A program made the position numbers and the translations under genes. The notes beneath the pieces are model-generated. The model searched no databases, had not been told where the DNA came from, and saw only the letters and a program-made list of their open reading frames with translations. A DNA stretch of 64,000 nucleotides from the human T2T-CHM13v2.0 reference genome, Homo sapiens: assembly GCF_009914755.1 (NCBI RefSeq), contig NC_060927.1; one strand, given 5' to 3'. This document shows, one piece after another, positions 1 to 12,899 of the stretch (position 1 is the stretch's first letter; every line of letters begins with the position of its first letter).

Positions 1-300
1 CTCGCCCTCTCCGTGCACCGAGGCCGCCCAGCCTGGGACCTGGAGATCACCAGGCCTTGAACCTTGGGACCTCAACTCCTCTCCCTTTCTTTCCCCCACC
101 CGTCTTAGATGCAAGGAGAAAGATTTAGAAGCGCTTATTTTAAAATCGGAATCCGTATTCCGCTCTGGAATTCCCTCTGGAATGGAGGGACTGTGGCAAC
201 GCCAGTGTGAGGGTGGAGTGGGCGAGGCGGGGTGGGGGGGTTGGGGGGGCGGCCCAGAGACGCCTCCGGTTGCTGCTCCACTTTCTAATCCTGAGAGGCA
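1..300. promoter_or_regulatory. GC/CpG-enriched, G-tract-rich segment, probable edge of a CpG-island promoter lying left of the window
   Basis: CpG density is higher than in the rest of the window. GC-box-like GGCGGGG at 226-232 and five G-tracts at 211-249. No exon or TSS can be identified. Confidence 0.35.
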
Positions 301-457
301 GCTGCGTTTCTGCAACCTATGGGCAACATGTTTGAAAGAGCTGAAGCTGATTAAATGCTTTCCAGTGGTTTCGCCACGAGCCTGCTAAGGTTTGTGTAGT
401 TCAGTTGCGAAAAAGAGTCTTATTTGTGATTGTGGCAAGACATGTCTGGAAACATAA

Positions 458-1183
<726 letters not shown>

Positions 1184-1309
1184 CCAAGAATCTACATTTC
1201 TAACAAGTTCCCAGGCCATACTGAAAATGCTAGTCCACCAAGCACACTTTGAGATCATTTCTATAGAAATTCCCTACCTTATACCAGTTACTCAACTCCT
1301 GGCCTTGAT

Positions 1310-2330
1310 CCATTTAATTCATGTTTATTCAACACTTACTTTGTGCCAGGCCCCAGGGATTCAGTATGAACAAGAGCTGACAATACAATAGGGGAGCTGA
1401 AGCAAACAAGTGGACAAACACTTCTCAACAATTCTGATATTTGGGGACTATGGAGTGGAGATGGTAGGAGGTAATCTTGGAGAAATGTTTTGGTGAGGGG
1501 AGCTAGGTGGTAATATGGAAGATGCCCAAAAGGCAGAGGGACTGGAAGGGGAGGGCTGGATAGGAGGCCCTCGGGGATGGGCAAGCAGGAACAATCAAGG
1601 TAGATTTGTTTTAGAATAATAAGCCATTATGAAACCCATTAATTATTAGGAAACATAATAAACATTATGCAAGTCATAAGTGTTCATCAGAGAACATTCA
1701 GAAAACAAAAGTAGAGAAAAGAAGAAAAATTCCAGCCTCCCAGGGAACAACCTGTTGCTGCTCAGGAAACTGGTAGAGGGAACCGGACTTGGTGACTGAG
1801 ACTGACCTTGAGTTTCCAGGCTGGGAGACAAGGGTGGGTGGTAGAGTATTATCCAAGACAGGGAATTCAGAAGGAAAAGCAGGCTTGGAGTGTGGCCGTG
1901 GTGGTAGTGGGCCAGTGGGGAGCGGGTAATGAGTCCAGTATGGGATTGGTTGATCGTTTGTGCATTGACAGTCTAGGAGGAGTTTGGGAGCCTTTGTCCT
2001 GAGCAGAGAGACACTGGAGGGGTGGACCCAGAGTCTGGCATGTGGGTGGTGGCTGCCAGCCTGGGAGTTATAGGGAGAGTTGAGGAAGGCAGCTAGCAAT
2101 GGGTGGCAGGGTGCCTCTAGACAGACCGCTGAGGAGTGACAGCGTGAAGGAGTGGGTGGAGGAAAAAGAGCTGGTACAGAACCAGACAAGTGGGCCAAGG
2201 AGGCCAGCGTGGAAATGCCAGTGCAGAGCCAGAGGTGACAGGGACCATCAGAAGCTGAAGAAGGGCTTGTGCATGGGCCTTTCTCATTTACGATCAAGAG
2301 AGCTGCTTGCCTCTTTATTGTAAAATAAAG
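1310..2330 (-). mobile_element. Ancient L2 fragments, with a short L1M-like piece at ~1690-1760
   Basis: Reversed L2 3' end (catttaattcatgtttattcaacacttactttgtgccagg) and purine-rich L2-like body. Highly diverged. Confidence 0.5.
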
Positions 2331-2920
2331 CAGTTGTAGCCGCTTGTCTCTCAGGAGTGGAAATTCTGAGCAGGAAATGTGTGATAGAAGAGCTGCTAGG
2401 AAAATAGAAAGACATAAGGGATCTGAACTCCTTGGCCATAGTCATGATTTTTCCTTCTTACAGGGTCAACAGGTACTAATTATTCTGACTATGGTTCCTA
2501 AGCAAGTTAGGCCTGGAGCCGACACTATTCCTGTAATCCAGATGCATATCCGCATTAAAGATAATCCATTTGTTCACTTAAAAAAATGGGCTTGATGTCT
2601 CCTGAGGCAGATGCCTTTGGTGCTCCTCACCACAGTTCCACGTTCTCCCTCTGGCTTCAGCTGCAGCCTAGCCAGGCTGGGCAGTTTTCAGCAGACAGCA
2701 TTCCCACTTCAAGCTTTCAAAGCACCCCTCTTGGCTTATCTCCTTCAAAGTTCAGCCCTTGCAGAGGTTCAGCCTGTAAGTTTGGGTGTTATCTCCCCGA
2801 AAGACAATCTTCAGCCAGTGGGGAATGGGAACCCCAGTCTCTCTGTATGAACCCTTCTGGAAGCTTCTAAAGACTTCTCAACGGTCCTTTGCCTGTATCG
2901 GTGAACTTGATAACAGCTCT

Positions 2921-3227
2921 CTCTCTCTTTTTTTTTTTCTCTCTCTCTCTCCCTCTCTCTCTTTAGACAGGGTCTTACTCCGTCACCCAGGCTGGAGTGC
3001 AGTGGTGCAAACCCGGCTTCCTGGCTTAAACAATCTTCCCACTTCAGCCTCCTGAGTAGCTGGGAACACAGGTGCACACCACCATACTCTGCTAATACTT
3101 TAATTTTTTGTAGAGACAGGGTCTCACCATGTTGCCTAGGCTTGTCTCAAATTCCTAGGCTCAAGTAATCCTCCCTTCTCAGTCTCCCAAAGTGTTGGGA
3201 TTACAAGTGTGAGCCACCAAGCCCAGC
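2921..3227 (-). mobile_element. AluJ element with (CT)n tail
   Basis: Reverse Alu. TSD tgataaca(g/t)ctct at 2908-2920 and 3228-3240. Confidence 0.9.
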
Positions 3228-3344
3228 TGATAACATCTCTTTAGTTGTTTTTTCCTCCTTCTTTGTCTTACTCTTCTCATTTCTTCCTCCTCTCCCAAAT
3301 AAACGACATGTACTCAAGTCTGTCTAATTTTAGTATAACCCTAT

Positions 3345-3500
3345 CAAAGACACCAACTGTCTTTCGGGCACTGTTGGGATTCAGTGGTGAGCAAGACAGA
3401 CAAAATCCCTGTGCTTGTGATGCTTCCATTCTAGTGGAGGAGACAGACAATTTAAAAAATACACAGCAGGCATGGAAGGTGCACACATGTTTTCAAGAAA
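3345..3500 (-). mobile_element. L2 fragment
   Basis: ggcactgttgggattcagtggtgagcaagacagacaaaatccctg..cattctagtggaggagacagacaat is typical of the L2 3' region in reverse. Confidence 0.65.
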
Positions 3501-4448
3501 AGTAGAGTAGGGGGAGGGTCTGTGGAGGACTGGGCACCCGCATGAACGTATGCAAACCACTGCTGGGGGATGCCCTGTTAGGCTGTCTGCTGTGTAGACC
3601 TTGCTATGTATGTACATTATGGAGAAATGGTTTTGCTTTTCAGTCCAAATAGAGAAAAAGGAAGTTGTATGGGAGTTCGCACTGTTTGGAGATTGTTTTG
3701 TATTTCATCAAATGTGAGACGGTAACTAACTTTTCTGCCAAGCTCATTCTCTTGTCTCAGAAAAGGAATGGAAAAGGCAGTGCCCTCTGTGTCCTTCCCA
3801 CCACCACCCACTCTTCCCCATCATGGAATGAGACGCACCAGCTGGTCCCTGCCTTTATCTGGAGGACTGAGAGTGGAGGGTGCCATATCCAGATGCCGCG
3901 TTGGAAAGGAAATAGTGGAGAGAGGAAACCTGTGACTGTTCACTGGTTTGGAGTCTAGAAATTCCCATCTGATTGCGGTGAAATGAATTTAAGTGAGATC
4001 TTGCTCAGAGTTGGGGAGGTATCCCCGAAGATTAGTTCCTGAAACAGATATATTTTCAATACACGATTTTTTTAGTCATGAGACCTAGCTCAAAGACATA
4101 TGTCAATTTTGTATGTGTAGAAAACTTAGTGGAATTTCCAGGGACATGCTAGAGCCTCCTGATTTATTATTCATAGAATTTAAGCTTGTTACAAGCAAGC
4201 CCCACTTACCAGAAGGCAGGAGGCTATTTGCTGTGATCAGAAACGTGATGGTTAGAAGGCTTCTTTTTTGGGTCTTTTTTTTTCCTGAACATGTATTAAA
4301 ATATTATTATTTGTCCTGGAATTTTTCAAAGTCCACATAGCCAATATCATCTGCCAATATCTGGAATGATTAGACTGAAAAAAGGGAAGTAACTATGGTC
4401 ATGGTGAAGTGTTTCCTTTTCCTAACGATGAATTTCTTTAGAATATCT

Positions 4449-4873
4449 TGTCATAGTTTGGGTTCCTACAAAAGCAGAGCCTGGGACAGCACCTGGTTAC
4501 AGGTAATTTATTTGAGAGTGATTCCAAGGGAGCAGGAGTAAGAGAGAAGGGAAGAGAGAAGACAGTGAAGTATTGAGTACAGTGGATGACTGCTGTGGAC
4601 CCAATCCCCTGGGGACTCTCTGAGATACCTCTTGGAACATGGCTCATAGCCAGCCTACTTGAGGCCAGAAGGAGAGCCGGAGCACCAACTCCCATTTCCC
4701 ATTAGTTGAGGGCTGTTCCAGCAGGTGTTAGCTCCCTCTCACTTCCAAATAGGCTTACCTGCTCCTGCAGAGCCAGAGAAAGCCCTCAGGCAGAGAAGAG
4801 ATAAGCAGATGGCTGAGGTGGGAATAGCTACATGAGAGGGAACATGAAGGGGAAATCAATAGTGGCTGTGTTA
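4449..4873 (-). mobile_element. ERVL LTR33/LTR16-like solo LTR
   Basis: tgtcatagtttgggttcc..aagcagagcctgggaca..tttatttg start, with agccagagaaagccctcaggcagag inside. Confidence 0.65.
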
Positions 4874-5237
4874 CTGTCAACTCAGGGTGCTATAACAAGT
4901 ACCATGGACTGGTGGCTTAAACAATGGACATTTATTTTTCACAGTTCTGAAGACTGGGACATTTGAGATTAGGGTGCCAGCATGGCGGGGTCCTGGTGAA
5001 GGCTCTTTTCCTGGCTTACTGATGGACTACTTCTTGCTGTATCCACACGTGGCAGAGAGAGGGAGGTTGGGGGGTGGGGAGAGAGAGAGCAAGAGTGCTA
5101 GCTCTCCGGTGTCTCTTCTTATAAAGACATTAATCCTATCATGAGGGTCCTCCCCCATCTGACTTCATCTAAACCTAATCACCATCACCTTCCAAAGTCC
5201 CCACCTCCTAATACCATCACATTGGGGGTTAGGGCTT

Positions 5238-6456
5238 TGTACGAGAAAATCAAATCTCGGAAATCTCAAGATCCCCAAACTCATTATGTCAAGGGGAGAG
5301 TTAAGCCTAGAGACTGAGCCATGCAACACTGCCTTTCTTTTTCCTGAAACAAACATCTACAGAGAAGCAGACGGCTGAGGTGGGAATAGCTACAGGTGAG
5401 GGAACATAAAAGGTACATTAACAGAGATTGTGTCACTGTCACCTCAGGATGCTATAACAAAATACCACAGACTGGGTGGCTTAAACAACAGACACAACCC
5501 TGTGTTTTCATAGCTTTATACATAAGCCAGGTTCCCACAATGATGAACGGCCTTCCACCTCTCTGGATGGTCACCCTCACAAATTGCTCACAAGGGAATT
5601 CCTTGCAGGTCTCTAAATCATTCAAGACACATATCCCCCTGTAAAACAAGCACACACCAATTGTAACTTTAGGTCTGTAAGCCAAGTTTAACTCCTAAAA
5701 CTGAGCTCTCTTCAATTTTATCCTGACAATGTCGTTTATAAGCTTATCTTCCCAGGTACAAATGAAATGGCTTGGCTGTGTCCCCATCCACATCTCATCT
5801 TGAATTCCCACATGTTGTTGGAGGGACCCAGTGGGGGGTAATTGAATTATGGGGGCAGGTCTTTCTCATGCTGTTCTTGTGATTGAGAATAAGTCTCATG
5901 AGATCTGATGGTTTTATAAGGTTGATTTTCCCTGCACAAGCTCTCCCTTTGCTTGCTGCCATCCATGTAAGATGTGACTTGCTCCTCCTTGCCTTCTGCC
6001 ATGATTGTGAGGCCTCCCCAGCCATGTGTAAGTGCATTAAACCCTTTTTCCTGTATAAATTACCCAGTCTTGGGTATGTCTTTATCAGTAGGGTGAAAGT
6101 GGACTAATACACAAGGACAAGATAAGATCAATCACTTTTCTGCCTGCCCTGAGATGGCTGCATCATCAACTTTTTCCCATACTCCCTCTTTTCAGATGTT
6201 TACCTTATGTAGAGTGTAGATTATTTGAGCATCAATCAGAGCCTCAGAAGTAGATAGCTGTTTGCCTCACTGCCTACACCCTTCCCTTCTTTTCTCCTGC
6301 TTGCTCCTTCCCTTTAAATACTGAGTTTCCTGGAAAGGACAGGTTGCAGATGCTTCTGTGGCTTGTGTTTTTCCCAGGTGCATCCTCACACTTTGGCTCA
6401 ATAAACCTGTACTGGGATTTAGACACTTGCCACAGTCACTCACTTTTTGGTTAACA
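5238..6456 (+). mobile_element. ERV1 MER4-group solo LTR, containing a THE1 and a local duplication
   Basis: TG...CA ends (tgtacgagaaaatcaaatctc..ccccaaactcattatg; caataaacc..tttttggttaaca). 4-bp TSD gctt/gttt. Exact subfamily uncertain. Confidence 0.7.
5763..6111 (+). mobile_element. THE1 (MaLR) solo LTR
   Basis: tgaaatggcttggctgtgtcccca...ccttctgccatgattgtgaggcctccccagccatg...ggactaataca. Confidence 0.9.
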
Positions 6457-7929
6457 GTTTCAACATATGAATTTGGGGAGACACAAACATTCCGCCCATA
6501 ACAGAGTAAAACATCCCTGTAAATTAACATTTTATTTGTTCACTGGCATTTCTATAAGGTTGGTGGAATAAAGGAATCCTAAATCTGGGGTGGACCTTGA
6601 GGACCCTCTTGTTCAAGGGTCACAAATTCCAACACCACCCAAGGGAGTGAAGAGGGCTGTGGGTGAGAAGAGCAAGAGAAAAAGCACAGAGATCATGGGC
6701 AAGTGAAGCTATGGGTGGTGGTTAACCTCCTGGGGCACTCTAGGGGCCAGAGCAGAACGTGGGCCTCAGAGCCATCTCACCCTAGGGTGCGAAGGTGCGT
6801 GCATGTCTATACATCAACTCCACTCACTCACTGGCTAAGGGCAGCTCCTGGGGCATTCATTCCCTAGCACTTCTGGCCCACTGAGGATCCAGCCCCCAAT
6901 GGAAGCCTTCAGAGAAGAGGTGCAGATGCTGGTGACCAGAAGCTGGGCCTGCAAGCACCATGATAGTGAGGCCCGAGGGAATATGAGTGGGGCAGCCACG
7001 GAGCCACTACACTCTCCTAACACTTTGCATGTACTCAATGTTAGCATTTACCATATTGTATCTTAATTTCCTACAATAGGGCTTGGGACATAGCTGCTCA
7101 ATGAATATTTGTTGAATGAACTCTTCATCTGTATGAACGTCTCATCTGCCATCTGACGTGCAGGAAAGCAGGAATTGTGATTTATTCACTCAAATGCAAG
7201 AATTGTGCTGGACACATGCTAAGTGACCAATAAATGTTCACCAAATTCAGCTGTTAGTTTCATCAGTTTAGTTGACTGGACTTACAAGATGGATAGCTAT
7301 GAATTAAAAGCCATTTGCTGACCCTTGGTTGGATTGTGGACTCCCAATTAGCCACAGGAATTGTTCTTAGCACCATTTCATTTAGCCAGGGTTAGAAAAG
7401 CCACCAGAAATGGGAGATCACCTCGTGAATGGATGACAGGAATGAGAGGTCAGATCCCAGCTGATTGAGCTCTCTGCAGAAGAAGCTTTCCTTTTGCTTT
7501 TCAAACTAATATTGAAAAGCCAAAAGAGGAACCGTAGTTGCCAGGGAAACCAGCCACCAGTGTCCTCAGGCCTGTTGCTTAGTTCACTTTCTTTTGAGGA
7601 AGGTTTAGAAGAGGCCTCCATGGCTCTCCTTGGGAAGTGTTAGCAAACAGTGAGACTTGAAGTACTTGAAGGGCAGTCTGGGAGTCTTTGTGGTCCTGCT
7701 GATCCAGCTTCTCTCTGAAGCTGAGGTCCCCTCACAGCAGAGGGCAAGTCTGTGTCCTCTGGAATGGTCCCAGCCCCCAGCAGAGACATCTCCTACCTTA
7801 CCAACCTGCCTGGTGCCTGCATGGTGGCCATGGGCCCTCCGTTGAACTAAGGCTTTGGGACACAGCTGTTCCAGGACAACCTTATCAGAAAAGGCTCATA
7901 GTTTTAAAATTTAAAATAAAATGGTTTGA

Positions 7930-8109
7930 ATAAGTATTAAGTGCATATAATTCAAAATTTAAAAGGTGCAAAGGGGTATATAGTGAAAATCAATTTTTCC
8001 CCTCACTCTTCTTCCTCCACCATGCAGAGGCAAGGAGTGCTTTAGCGTTTAGTAAATTCTTCCAGATAAAGTCAATGCACATACAAGCACATCAATAAGT
8101 ATCAAAGAA

Positions 8110-8148
<39 letters not shown>

Positions 8149-8560
8149 CTCCAAATGGAAGCATAAAATACAAAATGTTCTCTATTTTACTTTTTTCACT
8201 TAAAATATGTATTTGAGTTAGGTCAGTTTATACTGTTAGCATAATTCTACCTCAATATCTATAAACTATTCCATTGTATGGGTGTACCTGAATTCATCTA
8301 GCCAGGGCCCTATTCATAGAAATTTAAGTAGCTTCCAATATTTTCCAATTATAACCAATGCTTCTTGAATATACATCATTCTGTACATGCACAAGTTTAC
8401 CTATGGGATGAGTTTCTGGAAGTGGAACTGCTGAGTTAAAGCATATGTACATTTAGCATGTTGGTGAATATTGCCAAGTTGCTCTCTTTGGCAGTTGTTC
8501 CCAACTGTCAAAGAGAGCATCTTTATCTTTTTTTTTCTCAGCCCTTTTATTATAGAATGT
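7930..8560 (-). mobile_element. Old L1M (L1ME/MC) 3' region fragment
   Basis: ttccattgtatgggtgtacc...ggaagtggaactgctgagttaaagcatatgtacattt..atattgccaagttgctct is typical of the L1M 3' UTR in reverse. Confidence 0.6.
8112..8146. repeat. (CA)n microsatellite, ~17 units
   Basis: Seen directly. Confidence 0.97.
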
Positions 8561-8570
8561 ATTTTATATT

Positions 8571-8943
8571 TGTATTAGTCCATTTTCACACTGCTTATAA
8601 AGACATACCTGAGACTGGGAAATTTACAAAAGAAAGAGGTTTAATTGGATTTACAGTTCCAAGTGGCTGGGGAAGCCCCACAATCATGGCAGAAGGCAAG
8701 GAGGAGCAAGTCACATCTTACATGAATGGCAGCAGGCAAAGAGAGAGCTTATGTAGGCAAACTCCCGTTTTTTAAAACCATGAAATATCATGAGACCCAT
8801 TCACTGTTACAAGAACAGTGCAGGAAAGAGCCACCCCCATAATTCAATCACCTCCCACTGGGTTCCTCCCTGGACATGTGGGAATTATGGGAGTTACAAT
8901 TCAAGATGAGATTTGAGTGGGGACACAGAGCCAAACCATATCA
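8571..8943 (-). mobile_element. THE1C-like solo LTR
   Basis: tgtattagtccattttcacactgct...agccaaaccatatca. Perfect 5-bp TSD ATATT at 8566-8570 and 8944-8948. Confidence 0.92.
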
Positions 8944-8998
8944 ATATTTATATTATATTTGGGCATTATATTGATTTTTAAAAATATCGTGGGTATAG

Positions 8999-9505
8999 CA
9001 TCAAAGATAAACAAAACTGGACAGTAGTTAAGGTGATAAGGACAGGTTTTAATCAGTGATATTTTATTGCAATAGGGAAAAGAGTCAAGCGTGAACTGAA
9101 TGCAATTTGAATTTGTAGAGAGGTGACCAGATGTTTTAAAGGGAGAAGAGGGAATAGGAAGGAGGTTAAGCAGGATTTCAATAGAGTCAGGAAAATGAAA
9201 AATTACAAAAAGTGGGACACAGGTGATGGTGGGGGGTGCAATGGTCCATTTGAAACCCATCTGGGCTTGTAAACTGGTACTTTTCAAAGTCAGGCTCTTA
9301 CAGTAAATTCTTTTAGCGACCTTGAGTTTTCTCAGGGAGGCACTTTAAGAGGGAAGGAAGGTAGAGGTATCCTAAGAATGTGGCCTTGAGCTGTTAGGAA
9401 CTATGTTAGTGCTTGTTCAAGTCTTTATAGGCCAAGGTTGGGGCCTAGTTGAGAAGGGCTCAGAGGAACCTGGCTAGAGTTTGGTCAAGGAGACAGCCTT
9501 TGTTA
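8999..9505 (-). mobile_element. ERV1 MER67/MER31-group solo LTR
   Basis: Ends gagaagggctcagaggaacctggctagagtttggtcaaggagacagcctttgtta, the reverse of a MER67-like start. TSD atag/gtag. Confidence 0.7.
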
Positions 9506-10536
9506 GTAGGTATATTATAACCACTATAAATGCCATTTTAGGATGATAAAGGAAGAGTGTGAAATATCTGTTGTCAAAAGTGGTTGTGGAGTCAGATGGG
9601 GATAGGAATCCAGATCTTAAAAGTATGGACATCACACTCCACCTGTTTCCTGCCATGATAACTCAACATAGGGAAAGTAGAAGAGCAAAAGTTTGGATCA
9701 GGGATTGAAGGCAGGGGCTCCAGCAAAATGGGATGCAGTGTGGGGGTCTAGGGGAATGGGGCCAGAACATGGTCACCAAGACAGAGAAGTGGTGTAGAAA
9801 GATCACTGAACACATCTGTTCTTCCTCCTCACTGTGCTAACTATTGACCATTAGGCCAGACCACACCAATCAACCTGTGCTTGGCTTCTCCTAGACAAGC
9901 CTAAGAGCCAAGGGTAGAAAGCAAGTTCCCAGATTTCAGCAGGGAGGTGGACAGTGCCAGCGTGGGAAGTTCTCTGGAGGTCCAGGGTTTTAGAAAAAGC
10001 AAGTCTGGGGCTACTTTGCATAAGGATAATGCTGAGCAGTGCCCAAAGGGCATGTTGGTGGAGAAAGTCACCACAAGAAAAAGAGAAAAAAATGTCATGC
10101 TGAAGAGAAATGGTATTTGGATGGCAGGAATTTTACCGTGAAAGTAAAAGTTCTATTTAGATTTTTAAAACATCCATTCCTTAAGGAATAGCATGAACCT
10201 CCAGCATGTGCAACGAAATGAAATGCTAAAAGTTGGCAGCTTGGAAATGAGGGGTCTGTGCACATATTTTCCTAGCATCCAGAATGATGAGCAAAGGAAG
10301 GAGATTGTTTACCATCTTCCTCAACATCCCCAGAGATGGCTGGCAACAGACGGGCCTCCAGATGAATGAAGGGCTTCTGAGTGCTGGGTGCAGGGTCTAC
10401 TGAGAACTTGAAGAGGAGTGAGAAAGTGATTTTTATCTGCCAGATTGCATTTCTTATGTAAGTTGCTGGAGCTTGAAGTTGAGAGGAAAGAGACTCAGTC
10501 TTCAAACAAGAATCTTGGTTTACATTTTGGGTCTCT

Positions 10537-11000
10537 GTCTTGCTTTGCATACCTCCCCACAACCCCACAAGAAAACCAGACTGTTAGATGAAGACCTAGA
10601 TGCAGGTGGTATATTTGGGAGAGCACCCCAGAGAGCTGAACTGAGGAGGTGGAAAGTGAGACAGGAAAGCGAGAAAAGTCAATAACTTGTGAGTTAACAA
10701 GCAGGTGACTGCTGGTGACAACTGGGGCTCAGTCCTGCCTGGGCTCCTTTGAGAAGATGAATGCCCTAGAATTGTCCCACTGGAGCATTTATCCATGGCC
10801 TCTACCTCCTATTGTTTGAGGGTTACTCCAGCAGGCAGGGTTGGGAGAGGCCTGCTAGTGCTAAGACAGGCAGAGGAGAAAGGTGCTGCTACTCAGTGTG
10901 GGAAGACAGAAGCCTGTCTTGAAATAGTCTCCTGCAGCTGCAGGTGAACCAGAGTGGGTGGAGGGGCCCTGGGGTGCAGCATCAACAGTGTCTCCCACAG
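10537..11000 (-). mobile_element. ERVL LTR33/LTR16-like solo LTR
   Basis: tatttgggagag..gaaagtgagacagga..caactggggctcagtcctgc..ggtgcagcatcaacagtgtctcccaca. Confidence 0.6.
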
Positions 11001-11209
11001 CCCCTAAGCACAAACCTCAGGAAAGACCCTATTACATTCTCAAACTGCAAAAACACACAAGTGTAACTCTTTTGTTCTTGGTTTTGGGGAAACATGTACA
11101 CCAAGACATACAAATATTTTGCCCTGGAGAAATGCTCAAGAAATATGTTCTTTTTTCCATGCCAGACACTGTTCTCTTTCCTCTCTGACCCTGGGAATTT
11201 CATAGTGAA

Positions 11210-11350
11210 AATGATACTAGATTTGAGTCCTAGGTCTCCCATCCACTCTCTGTGTAACTTAGAGCAAGTAACTGTGGTTTTGTGACCCTGCATTTGTACA
11301 ACTGTCAAATGAGGTGGATAGGAATCAGTCCCTAGAACATTGTGAGGTCT
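11210..11350 (+). mobile_element. MIR SINE fragment
   Basis: gatttgagtcctagg..ctgtgtaacttagagcaagtaac..ctgcatttgtacaactgtcaaatgagg resembles the MIR core. Confidence 0.55.
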
Positions 11351-12094
11351 GAAGGGGCTAAACTACAGCCATGTGAGATGAGGCCTTAGGATCAAGAAAA
11401 TTTGCATTTTTGGTCATTTTCCACTTTCAGCTCTTAGAACAAAAAGGCTGGTCTCTGAATAAGACATTGAGGAAGAAACAGCCCATGGGAGGGTGGTATA
11501 GAGGTGACAGGCATCTTGGGACTATCTCGGTTATGTAAGTCCATCCCAAGGCTCCGGAGTGCCATCACTCACTCTCTTTTATGAGAACAGTGGCTTCTTG
11601 AGGTAAAAGCAGAGGGAAAACAACACTAAAAGCTCAAGTCCACTAAAACGATAAAGTTGCAGGAGGTTTATTCTGGGCTCCCTGTGGACGACCCCTTGTA
11701 TGATGAGATGCTAATTTTAAAGATAAATTATGGATGCAGAGAGCAGGAGAGAAAGTGCAGCTATTTCTTGGCAGCCCTAATTGCTGCGAGAGGTGCCAGG
11801 CTGCTAAAGGCATACGCATGTACTGTGCACACAGCCGAGAAAATCAGAAGCCAGGAGCGGGGTTTGTTATCAGCCAAAGCCCTGGAACTTACAAAGCAAT
11901 CTGTTTTCCTTGAGAAGACACAGATGGCCCTACAGGGTTGGTTTAGAGATGCTGCTGGTTTCATGGATGTGTTATGTTTCTTTTTCTTCTGCTCGTAACT
12001 ATTTTCTTTCTTGCTTTAAAAAGGACCATACCATAGGCAGTGTGATTGGGAAGAGCTTGCCTTTACACAGCAGGCCTGCAAATATTAACATAGA

Positions 12095-12540
12095 TGCTTT
12101 ATCAGATGCTGGGTGCCCTGCCCACATCTATTCTCCAGGGTTGGCCTGACTTCCAGCTCCCTGCCCCTGTGACTCTTTGCTCCAGTGTTCTTTCTGGAGT
12201 GGGGACCCAGGTTTCAAGTGTTGGAGGATTATTGCCCTGTGGGAGCAGCCCTCAACCAATAACTAATGGGAATTGGTGGAGAGTTAACTCAGCTCTCCCA
12301 TCCTTCCAGAGGTTCACAGGCCATGTTCTATGTTGGCTCCTGGAGTTCCCCAGTAGGACCCAACTCCAGTGGCCCTTGATGGTAGCATGTGCAGAAATGT
12401 GCCCTTTAGTGGTGGAAATTCTCTGCCCTGTCTCACTTCTTCATTTTCATATCTATGTTTCCTGGGATCACCTCCCAAATAAATCACTGGCCCTCAAAGC
12501 TTTTGCTCAGCATCTACTTATGGGAAAATGCAAGCTACAA
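12095..12540 (+). mobile_element. ERVL LTR33/LTR16-like solo LTR
   Basis: ggagcagccctcaaccaataactaatgggaattggtgga and 3' end ctgggatcacctcccaaataaatcac..ctcagcatctac. Confidence 0.65.
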
Positions 12541-12899
12541 TGGTTGAACTTTCAGCTTCCATCAACTTGAGACATGTTCCAGAGTTTAAAATATTCTTCA
12601 CTTGTATTACCCCTGTCCACAGGCAATGAATCTCCTGCTGGCCACGTGGCTAAGAGACTTGCACAGTCCTAGGATCCTTGATAAATGGGGCAGGTGTTTG
12701 GCTTTGGAGATTTTACTTCGGCCAGGGGCCAGGGACTGATGTGTGGATGTGAACACTAAGACTTATCTTTGCAGGTTGAGAAGATTGCTTTTATACAAGT
12801 TGATAAACCATTTGTTGAATGTTTCATGGCCCCTAATGTTCCCTCAGGGGTGGCCTTACCCCAACATTCAGACCCTCATCCTTTCTTTAGGGGCCCCTA

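Larger units (their letters stand above)
4875..6503 (-). mobile_element. MLT1A-type MaLR LTR, split by an ERV1 LTR
   Basis: tgctataacaagtaccatggactggtggcttaaacaa...catcacattgggggttaggg (to 5237) resumes as gtttcaacatatgaatttggggagacacaaacattc..cataaca (6457-6503). Confidence 0.8.

Noticed and set aside
1698-2297. 199-aa ORF on the minus strand
   Set aside because: It lies in a degraded L2, has no recognisable domain and shows no splice context.
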